Below, one piece after another: positions 1-10,067 of a stretch of DNA of 64,000 bases; position 1 is the stretch's first letter; each line of letters opens with the position of its first letter. The notes below the pieces were generated by a model that was not told the DNA's origin, searched no databases, and saw only the letters and a program-made list of their open reading frames with translations. Source of the DNA: Flavobacteriaceae bacterium. GTDB lineage: Bacteria > Bacteroidota > Bacteroidia > UKL13-3. Position numbers and translations under genes: made by a program. The stretch is taken from the NCBI GenBank assembly GCA_009693575.1, contig SHWZ01000006.1, positions 6,523-70,522 on the forward strand, in the 5' to 3' direction.

Positions 1-1923
1 CCCAGCCGCATGGCATCCAACTTTGCAGGGGTAAATGGTGTAGGCGGTCAACGAAATGATATAGTGATTCGCGGCAATAGTCCGATGGGCTTGCTATGGA
101 GGCTGGAAGGTGTGGACATTCCCAACCCAAACCACTTCAGTAGTCAAGGCACGACGGGTGGGCCAATAGCTATACTGAACAACAACAACCTTGCAAGCAG
201 TGATTTTATGACCGGGGCTTTCCCGGCTGAATATGGCAACTGCCTTAGCGGTGTGTTCGACCTAAAAATGCGGAACGGTAACAATGAAAAAAGGGAATAT
301 ACAGGGCAGGTTGGTTTCAATGGATTTGAGTTTGGTGCGGAAGGCCCCATCAACAAAAAGAAAGGCAGCAGCTATCTGGCCAACTACCGTTATTCTACTT
401 TGGGTGTGTTTGATGCACTGGGTGTTAACTTGACTTTTGGCGGTATCCCAAAGTATCAGGATATAAATTTCAAAATGCATTTTCCGAATACAAAAACGGG
501 CACCTGGCAATTGACTGGTATAGGCGGCATGAGCAACATTGCCTTGCTCGACAGTAAGAAAGACAGTGCTGACCTGAGTTTTAACCAAAGCTTTAAAAAT
601 GATATCTATACCGGTAATAATATGGCCGCAGTGGTGTTGAGCAATTTGTATAAGATAAAGAAATCGGGGTACGTGAAGACCATGCTCAGTTATAGTTACC
701 TAAGACGCTATATCCATCAAGATTCCCTTGGGCCCAAGAATGAGAAAAACATGACCTATGCAGAAAAATCAATATACACCCGACTCGTGCTGCATAGTTT
801 TTACCATCATAAATTAAATGCCATGAACAGCATCCGTGCTGGGGCTATTCTATCGAATGTAGGAGCAGATATTCAGGATAGCTTTCTGAATAATAACGGT
901 AAGATGCAAACCCTGCGTCAGTTTGATGGCAACAACTTTTTGGGACAGGCTTATGTGGAATGGAAGCATAATTTTACAGCCAACCTGGTAATGAACAATG
1001 GCATATACTATCAGCATTGGAGTTTAAACACCAACAGCAAAAGCATAGAACCACGGGCTGGCCTAAAATATAACCTAAGCAATACCAAAGCACTGAGTTT
1101 TGGCTACGGATTGCATAGCCAATTACAGCCATTAGAGATATACTATAGCCAACGACTCAACGCAAGCGGACAGTATTATCAAAGCAACAAGGGACTTGGG
1201 TTCAGCAAAGCTCACCACTATGTGTTAGGCTACGATTGGTTGATAAACAAAACCATAAGACTGAAAGTGGAAACCTATTACCAAAGTCTATTCGGTATTC
1301 CAATAAGCGAAACGCTGCGAAACCCATACTTTAGCCTTATCAATTTCGGGGCTGACTTTGCCGGACTGCCTAACTTAGATAGCTTGGTGAACAAAGGAAA
1401 AGGAAGAAACTACGGCCTTGAATTCACGCTGGAGAAACTATTCAGCAAAGGATATTACTACTTGCTCACAGCCTCTTTTTTCGAGAGCAAGTTCACTCCA
1501 CAAAATGGAATTGAATATAACACCGCTTTCAATGGAAACTATGTGGTGAATGCACTTGGTGGATACGAGTTGAAATGTGGCCATAAGAAAAACAATGTAT
1601 TCAGCATAAACCTGAAAGGCACCGCTGCCGGGGGCAGACGTTACACCCCCATAGACTTGCCAGCTTCCATACAAGCAGGAGAGGTTCGTTTCAAGATGGA
1701 CAGCCTTTACACTGCTCAGTTCAAACAGTATTTTAGGGCTGATATACGTATCGGTTTCAAACTGAATGGTAAACGGGTTACGCAAGAGTGGGCTATCGAC
1801 ATACAAAATGCATTTAACATAAAGAACCCTTTGCAGCCATCGTTTGACAGCAAAACCGGGAAGATAAAAATAGAGAATCAACAGGGAATATTACCAATAG
1901 CTTTGTATAGGATACAGTTTTGA
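1..1923 (+). CDS. TonB-dependent receptor-like outer-membrane beta-barrel protein; N-terminus lies outside the window (5-prime partial)
   Basis: The ORF runs in from the window edge. It has a plug-like motif (DIVIRGNSP), a long beta-strand-rich body and a terminal aromatic residue (…ALYRIQF) typical of outer-membrane barrels. Confidence 0.55.
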   Translation, partial: PSRMASNFAGVNGVGGQRNDIVIRGNSPMGLLWRLEGVDIPNPNHFSSQGTTGGPIAILNNNNLASSDFMTGAFPAEYGNCLSGVFDLKMRNGNNEKREYTGQVGFNGFEFGAEGPINKKKGSSYLANYRYSTLGVFDALGVNLTFGGIPKYQDINFKMHFPNTKTGTWQLTGIGGMSNIALLDSKKDSADLSFNQSFKNDIYTGNNMAAVVLSNLYKIKKSGYVKTMLSYSYLRRYIHQDSLGPKNEKNMTYAEKSIYTRLVLHSFYHHKLNAMNSIRAGAILSNVGADIQDSFLNNNGKMQTLRQFDGNNFLGQAYVEWKHNFTANLVMNNGIYYQHWSLNTNSKSIEPRAGLKYNLSNTKALSFGYGLHSQLQPLEIYYSQRLNASGQYYQSNKGLGFSKAHHYVLGYDWLINKTIRLKVETYYQSLFGIPISETLRNPYFSLINFGADFAGLPNLDSLVNKGKGRNYGLEFTLEKLFSKGYYYLLTASFFESKFTPQNGIEYNTAFNGNYVVNALGGYELKCGHKKNNVFSINLKGTAAGGRRYTPIDLPASIQAGEVRFKMDSLYTAQFKQYFRADIRIGFKLNGKRVTQEWAIDIQNAFNIKNPLQPSFDSKTGKIKIENQQGILPIALYRIQF

Positions 1924-2020
1924 AATGACAGCCCATTCTCTATAACAGTCCAACAATTTAATTTCGTTTACATACTCCCGCCTTACATTTGAACCCTTTA
2001 ATAACCAAAATTCAAAACCA

Positions 2021-5000
2021 ATGAACACGAAAATTACACACACATTTTCGACCATCTTAGCCACCATGGCCCTTATGCTAATACTACTAAGGAACACTCA
2101 AACTAATGCCCAATGTTACACTGGGCCAATCTATTGCATTCCTGTCACATCCAATGTCAATAATTATGGCATTGGCTTACAGAATGTGACCTTTGGCTCC
2201 GCCATCAACAACAGCACGTCCGCAAGTGGTAATGCTCCAAATTATTTTGATTTTACTAATCTGGCAGTGTCAGCTGTAGCCAACACGGTGATTAATTTTT
2301 CTATTAGAAATGGGACAGGCAATTCTACCAAGGCTATCATATATATTGATTGGAACCGAGATGGCGTTTTCGACTCTTCGAACACCGAAATGGTTTGGGC
2401 ATCTGCCACCACTACCGCAAATGCAGTAGTATCTGACTCATTTACCATACCTGCGGCTCAAGCGGCTGGATTGTACAGAATTCGTGTTACTGGAGACTTT
2501 GGAGGAAGCCCTTCGAACAGGCCCTGCCAAAGCAATTATGGAGAACAGGAAGACTATTCGCTAGTGGTGACCGGTTCGGCTAAGGATGGAATTGCCAAAT
2601 CGCATGTTTCTCCCACCAGCTTTTATGTTGGGAATGACACCATCCGTTTTTCGATGGTACAGTTGATGGACACATTTATGACTTCAGTGGACATAGGCTA
2701 TCAGCTAGATAATAATACTGCTGTGACGCAAAGTATTACTGGGCTTTCGGTGCCTGCAGGTTCTATCTATACTGCGACTTTTGATACCTTACTTCCTCTG
2801 GCTGCGGCAGGAACATATACCCTAAAAGTATGGATTAACAACGTGAACGGAGGCGGCACAGTAACAGCAGGAAACGATACCATTTGCCGCACATTTATCT
2901 TGTGCAACTCATCATTGAGCGGCAGCTACACCATTGACCCCAATGGCAGCGGTGGTAGCAACTTTGTGAATTTCAAGGAAGCTACTGCAGCATTGACCAA
3001 CTGCGGAATAAATGGCCCTGTAGTTTTCAATGTTTCGTCTGATTCATTTTATGAACAGGTAACAGTACCTGTAATTTCTGGTTCATCTTTTACAAACACT
3101 GTGAGCTTTGTTGGAGCAGGAATGGACAGTACCATCGTATGTTTTGAAGGTATTACATCAGCCCCACACACCATTAGGCTCGATGGTAGCCAATATGTCA
3201 ATTTTAGCCACATGGCTATCAAGAGTTCGTCGAAAACTACTGGTTGGGCATTGCATTATCTCAATGCCTCCAAATCAACTGTGAATCATTGCCGTATTGA
3301 TTTTACAGATACGAATACACGAAAATCAACTAGTCAGAATTTTGCTGGTATTGTAATCAATGGCAGTGCTACTACTTTGAGTTCGCAATCAAAAACGGGA
3401 ATAGTGGATAGCATAAATGTGGACAGCAGTATAATCAATTCAGGCTACTACAATATCTACATGTACCTTGGCGGTGGTGTTCAAAATGCCCTGATGTATT
3501 TTAGAAATAACAGCTTTACGAATGCCTACTATAGTTCTATCTACATTTGGCTGACTGCCCAGCTTTGCCACAAAATACTTAACAACACTTTCTCGCTCCG
3601 AACTGGAGGAAATAACCAATTTGGCATATGGTCTTTTGCAAGTCCAGCTTCCAGTGCCAGCTTTTTCAGTGAGGTTGGTTACAATCGTTTTACCAATTTG
3701 AATGGCTATGGTATGGCTACTACCTACTCTGGCGGAAATGGTGGTGCAAGAGGATTAGTTTACAATAATTTGTTTGGTGGCAATACCAGAGGTGTGACTA
3801 AATACATGTCGGGTGCAGGTGCGGCTTGCTGTGCTTTCAACGGTTGGAACATTTACAACAACACCTTCTACATGGACTATGGTTCTGGCGTTTCAATGGG
3901 TGTGGATTTGGGAACAAATACAAACGGGAATAACGTATCTATCAAAAACAACATTTTCTATAATGCAAGTAGTACAGCAAATAACTTAGGTATTAATGCT
4001 CCAAATTCAGCCTCAGTAGGTGAAGTTGACTACAATAATTTCTATACGAATTATTCAGGCGGAACACTTGCTCACATTGGAGGCGTTGATTATACTTCTT
4101 CCACCTACCTCGGTGCTTATCCAAATGGATGCGGGCTGAATTCGTCGAACAGGAATGTCGCTTTCACATCATCGACCGATTATCATCATACTACTGGATG
4201 TATGCTTGGCGAAGATGGATTAGGTATAAATGATGATTATGAAGGTGCGAGCAGAACTAGCCCACCTGATATGGGAGCGTATAACGTGTCGGGGGTATCA
4301 GCCAACGATGTAGGCGTTTCGATGATTACTTCGCCATTCTTTCCAGTAAGCATAGGTTCACAGCCTCTTACCGCCTTAGTGAAAAATTATGGCTCTGATA
4401 CGGTTTCAAGTCTCACTGTTTATTATTCAGTGAATGGAAGCACCGACAGTGAAACGTTTACTTTCAGCCCAGCATTATACCAGTGCGATACAATTACATT
4501 GAACTTTACTGACAGTATAACCATTGCCAATGGAACGAATACAATAAAAGTGTACACAGCAAAAAGCGGTGACGCAGTATTAAGCAATGACACTGCCCAG
4601 AATACATATTGCGGTGCCATGGCCGGATTCTATACCATTAACTCCAGTATTGCTCCATCGGCTACGAATTTTGTATCGTTCAAAGCTGCTACCGACCAGT
4701 TAAGTTGTAGTGGGGTAGCAGGCCCAGTAAAATTTAGTGTTTCATCGGATACTTACACCGAACAAGTAACAATAGGAACAGTTAAAGGGGTATCGTCAAC
4801 AAATACTATTTTGTTTATTGGTGCAGGTCTGGATAGTACAAAAATTACTTACTCAGCAAATGCTTCTGCACCACACACCGTTCGATTCAGCAATTGCTAC
4901 TATGTAACCTTCCGAAATATGACCATTGAAGGAACAAACGCCAACTATGCTTGGGTAGTAAACATTCTGAACTCAGACGATATAAAAGTAGCTTCATGCA

Positions 5001-8000
5001 GGGTAGCCTGTGCAGGTGCGGCGGCCAATTCAGCCAGTGGCAATTTGTCTACATTTGTGATAAATAGCAGCCCAACTAACATGTCAGCTGTTGGCTCTAA
5101 CAATAACAATTACATTGACAGCAATATCATTATTGGTGGTTACTACGGGGTGTGTACGTTTCTGAATGTGGCGAAAGATGTAAACTTTATCCGGAACAAT
5201 ACCTTTAGTAATGCATACTATGCAGGTATCTATGCTTACCAAAGTCAAACACTAAAGATTTTGAACAATACCATCGAGAACCGCAGCAGTTATGGAGCCT
5301 CATCTGGCATCTACCTCTATTTTGTTTTCACTTCTTCCAACGCAAACACCTATAACGAGATATCGAATAACTACATAAACAATGTTGGACAATATGGTAT
5401 CAACCTTCAATATGTGCAAGGAGGTTCAGGGAACGGAGGTTCGTATGGCCAAATGTATAACAATATGGTGGGTGGCAATTTCTATGGCACAGGCACCACT
5501 AGGGGTATAGAGATGACTTATGCTCCTTATTGGAGAGTTTTTCATAATTCAGTATCTATCGCTTCGTCCAACGGATCTACCAACAGAGCAATGTTCGTAT
5601 CAAGCTATATGTATAGGACACAAATTAAAAACAATTCCTTAGCGATCAACAATGCTTCGGCTTCGAATGCACTAGACTTAGAAATAACTACTGGCTCTAC
5701 TCCTGACTCTATAAACTACAACAACTATCACAATGCAGCAACTTCAGATATTGTTTTAGTAAACGGAACTACCTACAATACTGGCAACTACAAAGTAGCC
5801 TACCCCAACGGTGGTGGCGACCAATCTATCAATGGTGACCCACTTTATGTTTCGGCCAATGACCTGCATGCAACAAAAACACACTTATTGAATAAAGGAG
5901 ATGATGTTGGGGTTACTAGTGATATTGATGACGATAGCCGCAGCAGCACACCAGATATTGGAGCTGACGAATACGAACTTACTAAGCATGATTTAGCAAT
6001 AAACAAATTGCTGTCGCCATCGTATGCTTTCTGTATGGGTGGTATCAACCAAACCATTTCGATGGCCATAAAGAATATGGGTGTGGATACGATTGACCTC
6101 ACTAACGATACCGCTTGGGCAGCAGTCGAGGTATATGATGCCAACCAAGTAACTACGGTTTATGGTCCTATTGCAATCACAGGCAAGGTGCTTTACCCAA
6201 AAGATGTGGTGAATGTGACTGTTACTACAACCTTTGATATGTCTGACTTTGGCACTTACTACCTTAAGCCATACATTGGCTACAAACTAGACTCAAATGC
6301 GGTGAACGATACCATCTTCAATATCTTCTTTGATGCAACCAACCCGGTGGCAATATTGTCGCCCATCCCTGTTAAAGGCATTTGTGGCGGCGACTCGGTG
6401 AAGATGTCGGTGGCCAATAGCAAGAACTCAACTGAGTACCAATGGTACAGGAATAATGTGGCCATCAACGGAGCTATTGACACTGTGTTTTATGCCACAC
6501 TAAGCGGCACATACTTCTGCGACGTGATGGTATACAACGGCGGTTGCCAAGTGTACACTGATGCAGTTACTATCACTACTGGAACAGCACCTGCTGCTAC
6601 TTTTACTGCGGCCAAAACAGTGTTCTGCGATGGTGACAGTGCCAAGCTTTCCAGCCCAAGCAATGCAGCTAATAGCTATCAATGGCTTCTGAACGGTGTC
6701 GGCATTCAAGGTGCAACTGATTCAGTATTTTATGCCAAAGCAACAGGTAACTACACCGTGCAATTGAGTGAAACTTCTTCTGGCTGTTTCAATATCTCAA
6801 CTGCTACCGGTATCATTGTCAATAGCCTACCTACTGCGGTTATTACTCACCCTGGAAACGGTACTATATGTACAGGCGACAGCTTAAGGCTAAGCTCTAA
6901 CCCAGCTAACGGGTTGGTATACCAATGGTGGATGAATGGAAATAGTATTGGTGGTGCAACAGACTCTATCTATTATGTGTCTGCCACTGGCAGCTACCAA
7001 TTGGAAATAACCAACGCCAATAGCTGCAAAGCCACTGCTTCTGCTTCTGGCATTTATGTGGATAGCTTGCCTACTAACATGGTGAGCATAGTTGGAGACC
7101 CAACGGCTTGCGGAATGGATACGGTTTACTTCACGTGTACGACCAATGCGGCCTTCACGCACCAATGGATGATGAACGGCAACTCTATAGCAAATGCAAC
7201 TACTAATATGCTCAAAGCATACACCAATGGCTCATACACGGTAAAAATTACCAATGCCAATGGATGTAGCAGCACTTCTTCAACTACTGTTATTGCTTAT
7301 CGCAAAGTACCAAGTACTCCATTACTGAATGGTACTGCCATAGTTTCTATTTGTCCAAGCGATAGTATGAGAATAAGTGTTTCACCACAAGATACTGGTG
7401 TGTTTACCTACCAATGGAAGGTGAACGGAACTACTATCAATGGAGAAATTGATTCCTTTGTTTATATCAATAGCAATGGAAACTACAAGGCTGAGATTAC
7501 CAATAACGCTGGTTGTTCTATAACTTCTACTGCCAGCATCATTCTCACCCTCTACCCTACCCCAACAACTACACTTTCCCCAAGTGGAAGTGCAAGTATC
7601 TGTCAGGGTGATTCAGTAAGCCTGTCAGTTTCCAATGCTGCTACAGGTATTGTCTCACTTAGTTGGACTAGGAATGGCAACACCCTTGCTACCATCAGCA
7701 ACCCAATATATCCAGCTAACTCTGGTTTCTACAATGCTCACATCATCGATAACAATGGTTGCAAAAGCTCAGCCGCACAAGTAGCCATCTTTGTAAACCC
7801 AAGTCCAATACCTGTTATTACACCTGATAATAACTTGAGGCAATTGTCAACTACCACTTTTGTTTCTTACCAATGGTACAAAGACAATGTGGCTATTGCA
7901 GGTGCTACTTCACAAATTTACACTACACCAGGAAATGCTGACTACATAGTGGAAGTTACCGATGGTAATGGTTGCAAGGGCAAATCAACAGTGTATGCAG

Positions 8001-8278
8001 TGACTTGGCATATCGGTATCGGCAATGCACAAACCAATGGCTTCGTAAAAGTATATCCAAACCCTTCGTACGATGTGTTCAACATTGAGCTACCAATGGG
8101 TACAGATGTGAAGCAAATTAGCCTGACCGACATAGCTGGAAAGCAGCTAACAGTGAACGCTGCTGTGAACGGCAAGAATATCATATCCCTTGACCTCACC
8201 GACAAAGCAGCCGGGGTGTACATCCTTCAATTGACCAAGGATGGCCATCTATTCCAGACACGGTTGACGAAGTTGTAA
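2021..8278 (+). CDS. Giant secreted protein (2085 aa): N-terminal GEVED-like domain, right-handed parallel beta-helix repeats, about 8 tandem Ig-like repeats and a T9SS type A C-terminal sorting domain
   Basis: It has a signal peptide and a …NYGEQEDYSLVV GEVED-type motif. NNxF/Nxx(I/V) beta-helix repeats occur repeatedly. About 75-aa Cys-containing Ig-like repeats (…GDSxxLS…YQWxxNG…) occur 8 times. The C-terminus (…VKVYPNPSYDVFNIE…GVYILQLTKDG…) matches the Por_Secre_tail pattern. Confidence 0.85.
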   Translation: MNTKITHTFSTILATMALMLILLRNTQTNAQCYTGPIYCIPVTSNVNNYGIGLQNVTFGSAINNSTSASGNAPNYFDFTNLAVSAVANTVINFSIRNGTGNSTKAIIYIDWNRDGVFDSSNTEMVWASATTTANAVVSDSFTIPAAQAAGLYRIRVTGDFGGSPSNRPCQSNYGEQEDYSLVVTGSAKDGIAKSHVSPTSFYVGNDTIRFSMVQLMDTFMTSVDIGYQLDNNTAVTQSITGLSVPAGSIYTATFDTLLPLAAAGTYTLKVWINNVNGGGTVTAGNDTICRTFILCNSSLSGSYTIDPNGSGGSNFVNFKEATAALTNCGINGPVVFNVSSDSFYEQVTVPVISGSSFTNTVSFVGAGMDSTIVCFEGITSAPHTIRLDGSQYVNFSHMAIKSSSKTTGWALHYLNASKSTVNHCRIDFTDTNTRKSTSQNFAGIVINGSATTLSSQSKTGIVDSINVDSSIINSGYYNIYMYLGGGVQNALMYFRNNSFTNAYYSSIYIWLTAQLCHKILNNTFSLRTGGNNQFGIWSFASPASSASFFSEVGYNRFTNLNGYGMATTYSGGNGGARGLVYNNLFGGNTRGVTKYMSGAGAACCAFNGWNIYNNTFYMDYGSGVSMGVDLGTNTNGNNVSIKNNIFYNASSTANNLGINAPNSASVGEVDYNNFYTNYSGGTLAHIGGVDYTSSTYLGAYPNGCGLNSSNRNVAFTSSTDYHHTTGCMLGEDGLGINDDYEGASRTSPPDMGAYNVSGVSANDVGVSMITSPFFPVSIGSQPLTALVKNYGSDTVSSLTVYYSVNGSTDSETFTFSPALYQCDTITLNFTDSITIANGTNTIKVYTAKSGDAVLSNDTAQNTYCGAMAGFYTINSSIAPSATNFVSFKAATDQLSCSGVAGPVKFSVSSDTYTEQVTIGTVKGVSSTNTILFIGAGLDSTKITYSANASAPHTVRFSNCYYVTFRNMTIEGTNANYAWVVNILNSDDIKVASCRVACAGAAANSASGNLSTFVINSSPTNMSAVGSNNNNYIDSNIIIGGYYGVCTFLNVAKDVNFIRNNTFSNAYYAGIYAYQSQTLKILNNTIENRSSYGASSGIYLYFVFTSSNANTYNEISNNYINNVGQYGINLQYVQGGSGNGGSYGQMYNNMVGGNFYGTGTTRGIEMTYAPYWRVFHNSVSIASSNGSTNRAMFVSSYMYRTQIKNNSLAINNASASNALDLEITTGSTPDSINYNNYHNAATSDIVLVNGTTYNTGNYKVAYPNGGGDQSINGDPLYVSANDLHATKTHLLNKGDDVGVTSDIDDDSRSSTPDIGADEYELTKHDLAINKLLSPSYAFCMGGINQTISMAIKNMGVDTIDLTNDTAWAAVEVYDANQVTTVYGPIAITGKVLYPKDVVNVTVTTTFDMSDFGTYYLKPYIGYKLDSNAVNDTIFNIFFDATNPVAILSPIPVKGICGGDSVKMSVANSKNSTEYQWYRNNVAINGAIDTVFYATLSGTYFCDVMVYNGGCQVYTDAVTITTGTAPAATFTAAKTVFCDGDSAKLSSPSNAANSYQWLLNGVGIQGATDSVFYAKATGNYTVQLSETSSGCFNISTATGIIVNSLPTAVITHPGNGTICTGDSLRLSSNPANGLVYQWWMNGNSIGGATDSIYYVSATGSYQLEITNANSCKATASASGIYVDSLPTNMVSIVGDPTACGMDTVYFTCTTNAAFTHQWMMNGNSIANATTNMLKAYTNGSYTVKITNANGCSSTSSTTVIAYRKVPSTPLLNGTAIVSICPSDSMRISVSPQDTGVFTYQWKVNGTTINGEIDSFVYINSNGNYKAEITNNAGCSITSTASIILTLYPTPTTTLSPSGSASICQGDSVSLSVSNAATGIVSLSWTRNGNTLATISNPIYPANSGFYNAHIIDNNGCKSSAAQVAIFVNPSPIPVITPDNNLRQLSTTTFVSYQWYKDNVAIAGATSQIYTTPGNADYIVEVTDGNGCKGKSTVYAVTWHIGIGNAQTNGFVKVYPNPSYDVFNIELPMGTDVKQISLTDIAGKQLTVNAAVNGKNIISLDLTDKAAGVYILQLTKDGHLFQTRLTKL

Positions 8279-8303
8279 GAAAACTTTTGAAACTATAAAA
8301 CAA

Positions 8304-8336
8304 GAAAGCCCACGGTTGACTCCGTGGGCTTTACTT
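8304..8336 (+). terminator. Rho-independent terminator after the 2085-aa gene
   Basis: AAGCCCACGG-ttgact-CCGTGGGCTT hairpin followed by a T-run. Confidence 0.6.
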
Positions 8337-8470
8337 TTGAAAACCAATTTGCTGTCAGGTTTTTTAACCTAACACTTGCAAACCCCAACCCTTTCGCATC
8401 AGTCAATTTTCATCAGTACCGAATTACAAATCGGCTAATTGCAGAATTTGCTTCCACCTATCTTTGTCGC

Positions 8471-8701
8471 ATGAAAAAACTGCTTTCAGTTTGTATGTTT
8501 TTATTGATGGCCAGTGCATCACAAGGGCAGTGCAGTATGTGCAGGGCTAATGCAAAAAGCAGCCTTCAAAATGGCAGTGATGCCGCTCTCGGACTCAACG
8601 CAGGTATTGAATATCTTTTACTTATGCCCTACCTGGCGGCGATAGTTATTGGTATTATTTTTTATATAAACCATCGAAAGAAGAAAGCCAGCAATGCGTG
8701 A
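8471..8701 (+). CDS. Small hypothetical secreted or membrane protein (76 aa) with a CSMC motif and a C-terminal TM helix
   Basis: Internal ATG (MKKLLSVCMFLLMASASQGQCSMC…) of the listed ORF 8324..8701. It has a signal-like N-terminus and a hydrophobic C-terminal segment followed by KKK. Its stop overlaps the next ATG (ATGCGTGA). Confidence 0.35.
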   Translation: MKKLLSVCMFLLMASASQGQCSMCRANAKSSLQNGSDAALGLNAGIEYLLLMPYLAAIVIGIIFYINHRKKKASNA

Positions 8702-9069
8702 CAAACCTACAGGAAGCAAGTGGAGGGCAATACTGCAAAATAAATGTCCCCAATGCAGACGTGGCAAGGTTTTACCGATAGCGTTCTCAATCCTTTCCAA
8801 TTCTCAAAGATGCACAAAAACTGCCCCGTATGTAGGTTGCAGTTTGAGCTAGAACCTGGCTATATGTATAGTGCTATGTACCTCAGCTATATGATTACCA
8901 GTTGAGTCTACATTATGCTCAGCTTCGCAGTTCACAAGTTCCTTCACGAACCTGAAGATTGCGTGTATTGGAGCGTCCTGATTATAACCCTGCCCCCTCT
9001 TCTCCCCATTATCTTTGCGTATCTTTCGCATGTTGAACATCCTCCTGACAACCCCAATCAGATTCGATG
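8694..9069 (+). pseudogene. DUF983-family membrane protein gene disrupted by a 1-nt frameshift in a T4 run near 8770 and an in-frame TGA at 8903-8905
   Basis: Three colinear pieces read MRDKPTGSKWRAILQNKCPQCRRGKV | FTDSVLNPFQFSKMHKNCPVCRLQFELEPGYMYSAMYLSYMITS * VYIMLSFAVHKFL…NPNQIR. Together they give the DUF983 pattern CPxCxxG…M…CPxCG…EPGF/Y…AMY.SY. The first junction needs one extra T in GGTTTTACC. The second is a TGA where Trp (TGG) is expected. Confidence 0.45.
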
Positions 9070-9130
9070 AAAAATAGCGATAAAGCTTGACAGTATTGAT
9101 TCCAAGCCCTAAAAATTTTTACATTTTGTC

Positions 9131-9167
9131 AAAGCCGCTCCAGCCCCGAATTTCGTGCGGCTTTTTA
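9131..9167 (+). terminator. Rho-independent terminator upstream of ccmC
   Basis: AAAGCCGC…(18-nt loop)…GCGGCTTTTT. Confidence 0.5.
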
Positions 9168-9180
9168 CAAAAACAAAACA

Positions 9181-9846
9181 ATGCGTAACTATTGGTGGAA
9201 ACTATTGACTGTAATGCTTTTGCTCTATACCTTGGTTTATGGAATGCTAGTGCCAATACCAGATGTGGCCAAGCAAAGTATGCTCAAAGAGACCATACGC
9301 AATCTGTTTTTCCATGTGCCTATGTGGTTTGCTATGATTTTGTTGCTCACCATATCGGCAGTTTACAGCATCAAATACCTTCGAAACGGCGACGAACTTT
9401 GCGATACAATTGCTGTCGAAGCAATCAATGTGGGGATCGTGTTCGGGTTGATGGGGGCTGCTACTGGAGCTTTGTGGGCCAAGTTCACCTGGGGAAGCTA
9501 CTGGCCCAACGACCCTAAGTTGAATGGTGTTGGCATAGGCTTGTTGATTTATGCAGCATACATTATTCTTCGCAACGGTATAGAAGACCCCCAAAAGAGG
9601 GCAAGGGTTTCAGCGGTATATAACGTATTTGCTTGGCCAATTTTTATGGTATTGATATGGATTCTTCCACGCATCAACGATTCGCTACATCCTGGTAATG
9701 GAGGTAACCCCGGATTCAACCAATATGACCTTGATAGCAACCTACGAATGGTGTTCTACCCTGCCTGCATCGGGTGGATGATGCTAGGTGTGTGGATGCT
9801 TAGCTTGAACTTTAGGATGAAGAAATTAGAAATTAATACTAATTGA
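9181..9846 (+). CDS. ccmC: Cytochrome c-type biogenesis heme exporter protein CcmC
   Basis: Polytopic membrane protein with the Trp-rich WGSYWPNDPKL motif characteristic of CcmC/CcmF WWD domains. It is followed by ccmD, ccmE and ccmF. Confidence 0.8.
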   Translation: MRNYWWKLLTVMLLLYTLVYGMLVPIPDVAKQSMLKETIRNLFFHVPMWFAMILLLTISAVYSIKYLRNGDELCDTIAVEAINVGIVFGLMGAATGALWAKFTWGSYWPNDPKLNGVGIGLLIYAAYIILRNGIEDPQKRARVSAVYNVFAWPIFMVLIWILPRINDSLHPGNGGNPGFNQYDLDSNLRMVFYPACIGWMMLGVWMLSLNFRMKKLEINTN

Positions 9847-9902
9847 ACAGTGGCAATTCGACTAAGTTCAGTGTGACAACACTAAATTGAAAATTAAAAT
9901 AC

Positions 9903-10067
9903 ATGAAACTACTATCTGTACTTCTGCAAAGTAACCTATCTGACACCCTCCGCGAAAACGGCAAAATAAACGTGGTGTATGGCGTTATCATTATCATCTT
10001 TGTGGGCTTGCTGGCCTACTTGGTATATACCGATAGACGCATTTCCAAACTTGAAAAGAAAAAATGA
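9903..10067 (+). CDS. ccmD: CcmD-like small heme-exporter subunit (54 aa), missing from the six-frame track because it is under 60 aa
   Basis: ATG at 9903 translates to MKLLSVLLQSNLSDTLRENGKINVVYGVIIIIFVGLLAYLVYTDRRISKLEKKK*. It has a single TM helix. Its TGA overlaps the ccmE ATG (ATGA at 10064-10067). The position between ccmC and ccmE is canonical. Confidence 0.55.
   Translation: MKLLSVLLQSNLSDTLRENGKINVVYGVIIIIFVGLLAYLVYTDRRISKLEKKK

Noticed and set aside
8903-8905. In-frame TGA in the DUF983 gene as possible selenocysteine or TGA recoding
   Set aside because: Many genes in the window (rplU, ccmE and others) terminate with TGA at the expected positions. No SECIS-like hairpin follows the codon. 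A TGG to TGA mutation explains it.
9192-9740. Listed ORFs 9192..9518(+), 9247..9594(-) and 9549..9740(-)
   Set aside because: All lie inside ccmC in other frames or on the other strand. ccmC has a strong family signature and these have none.
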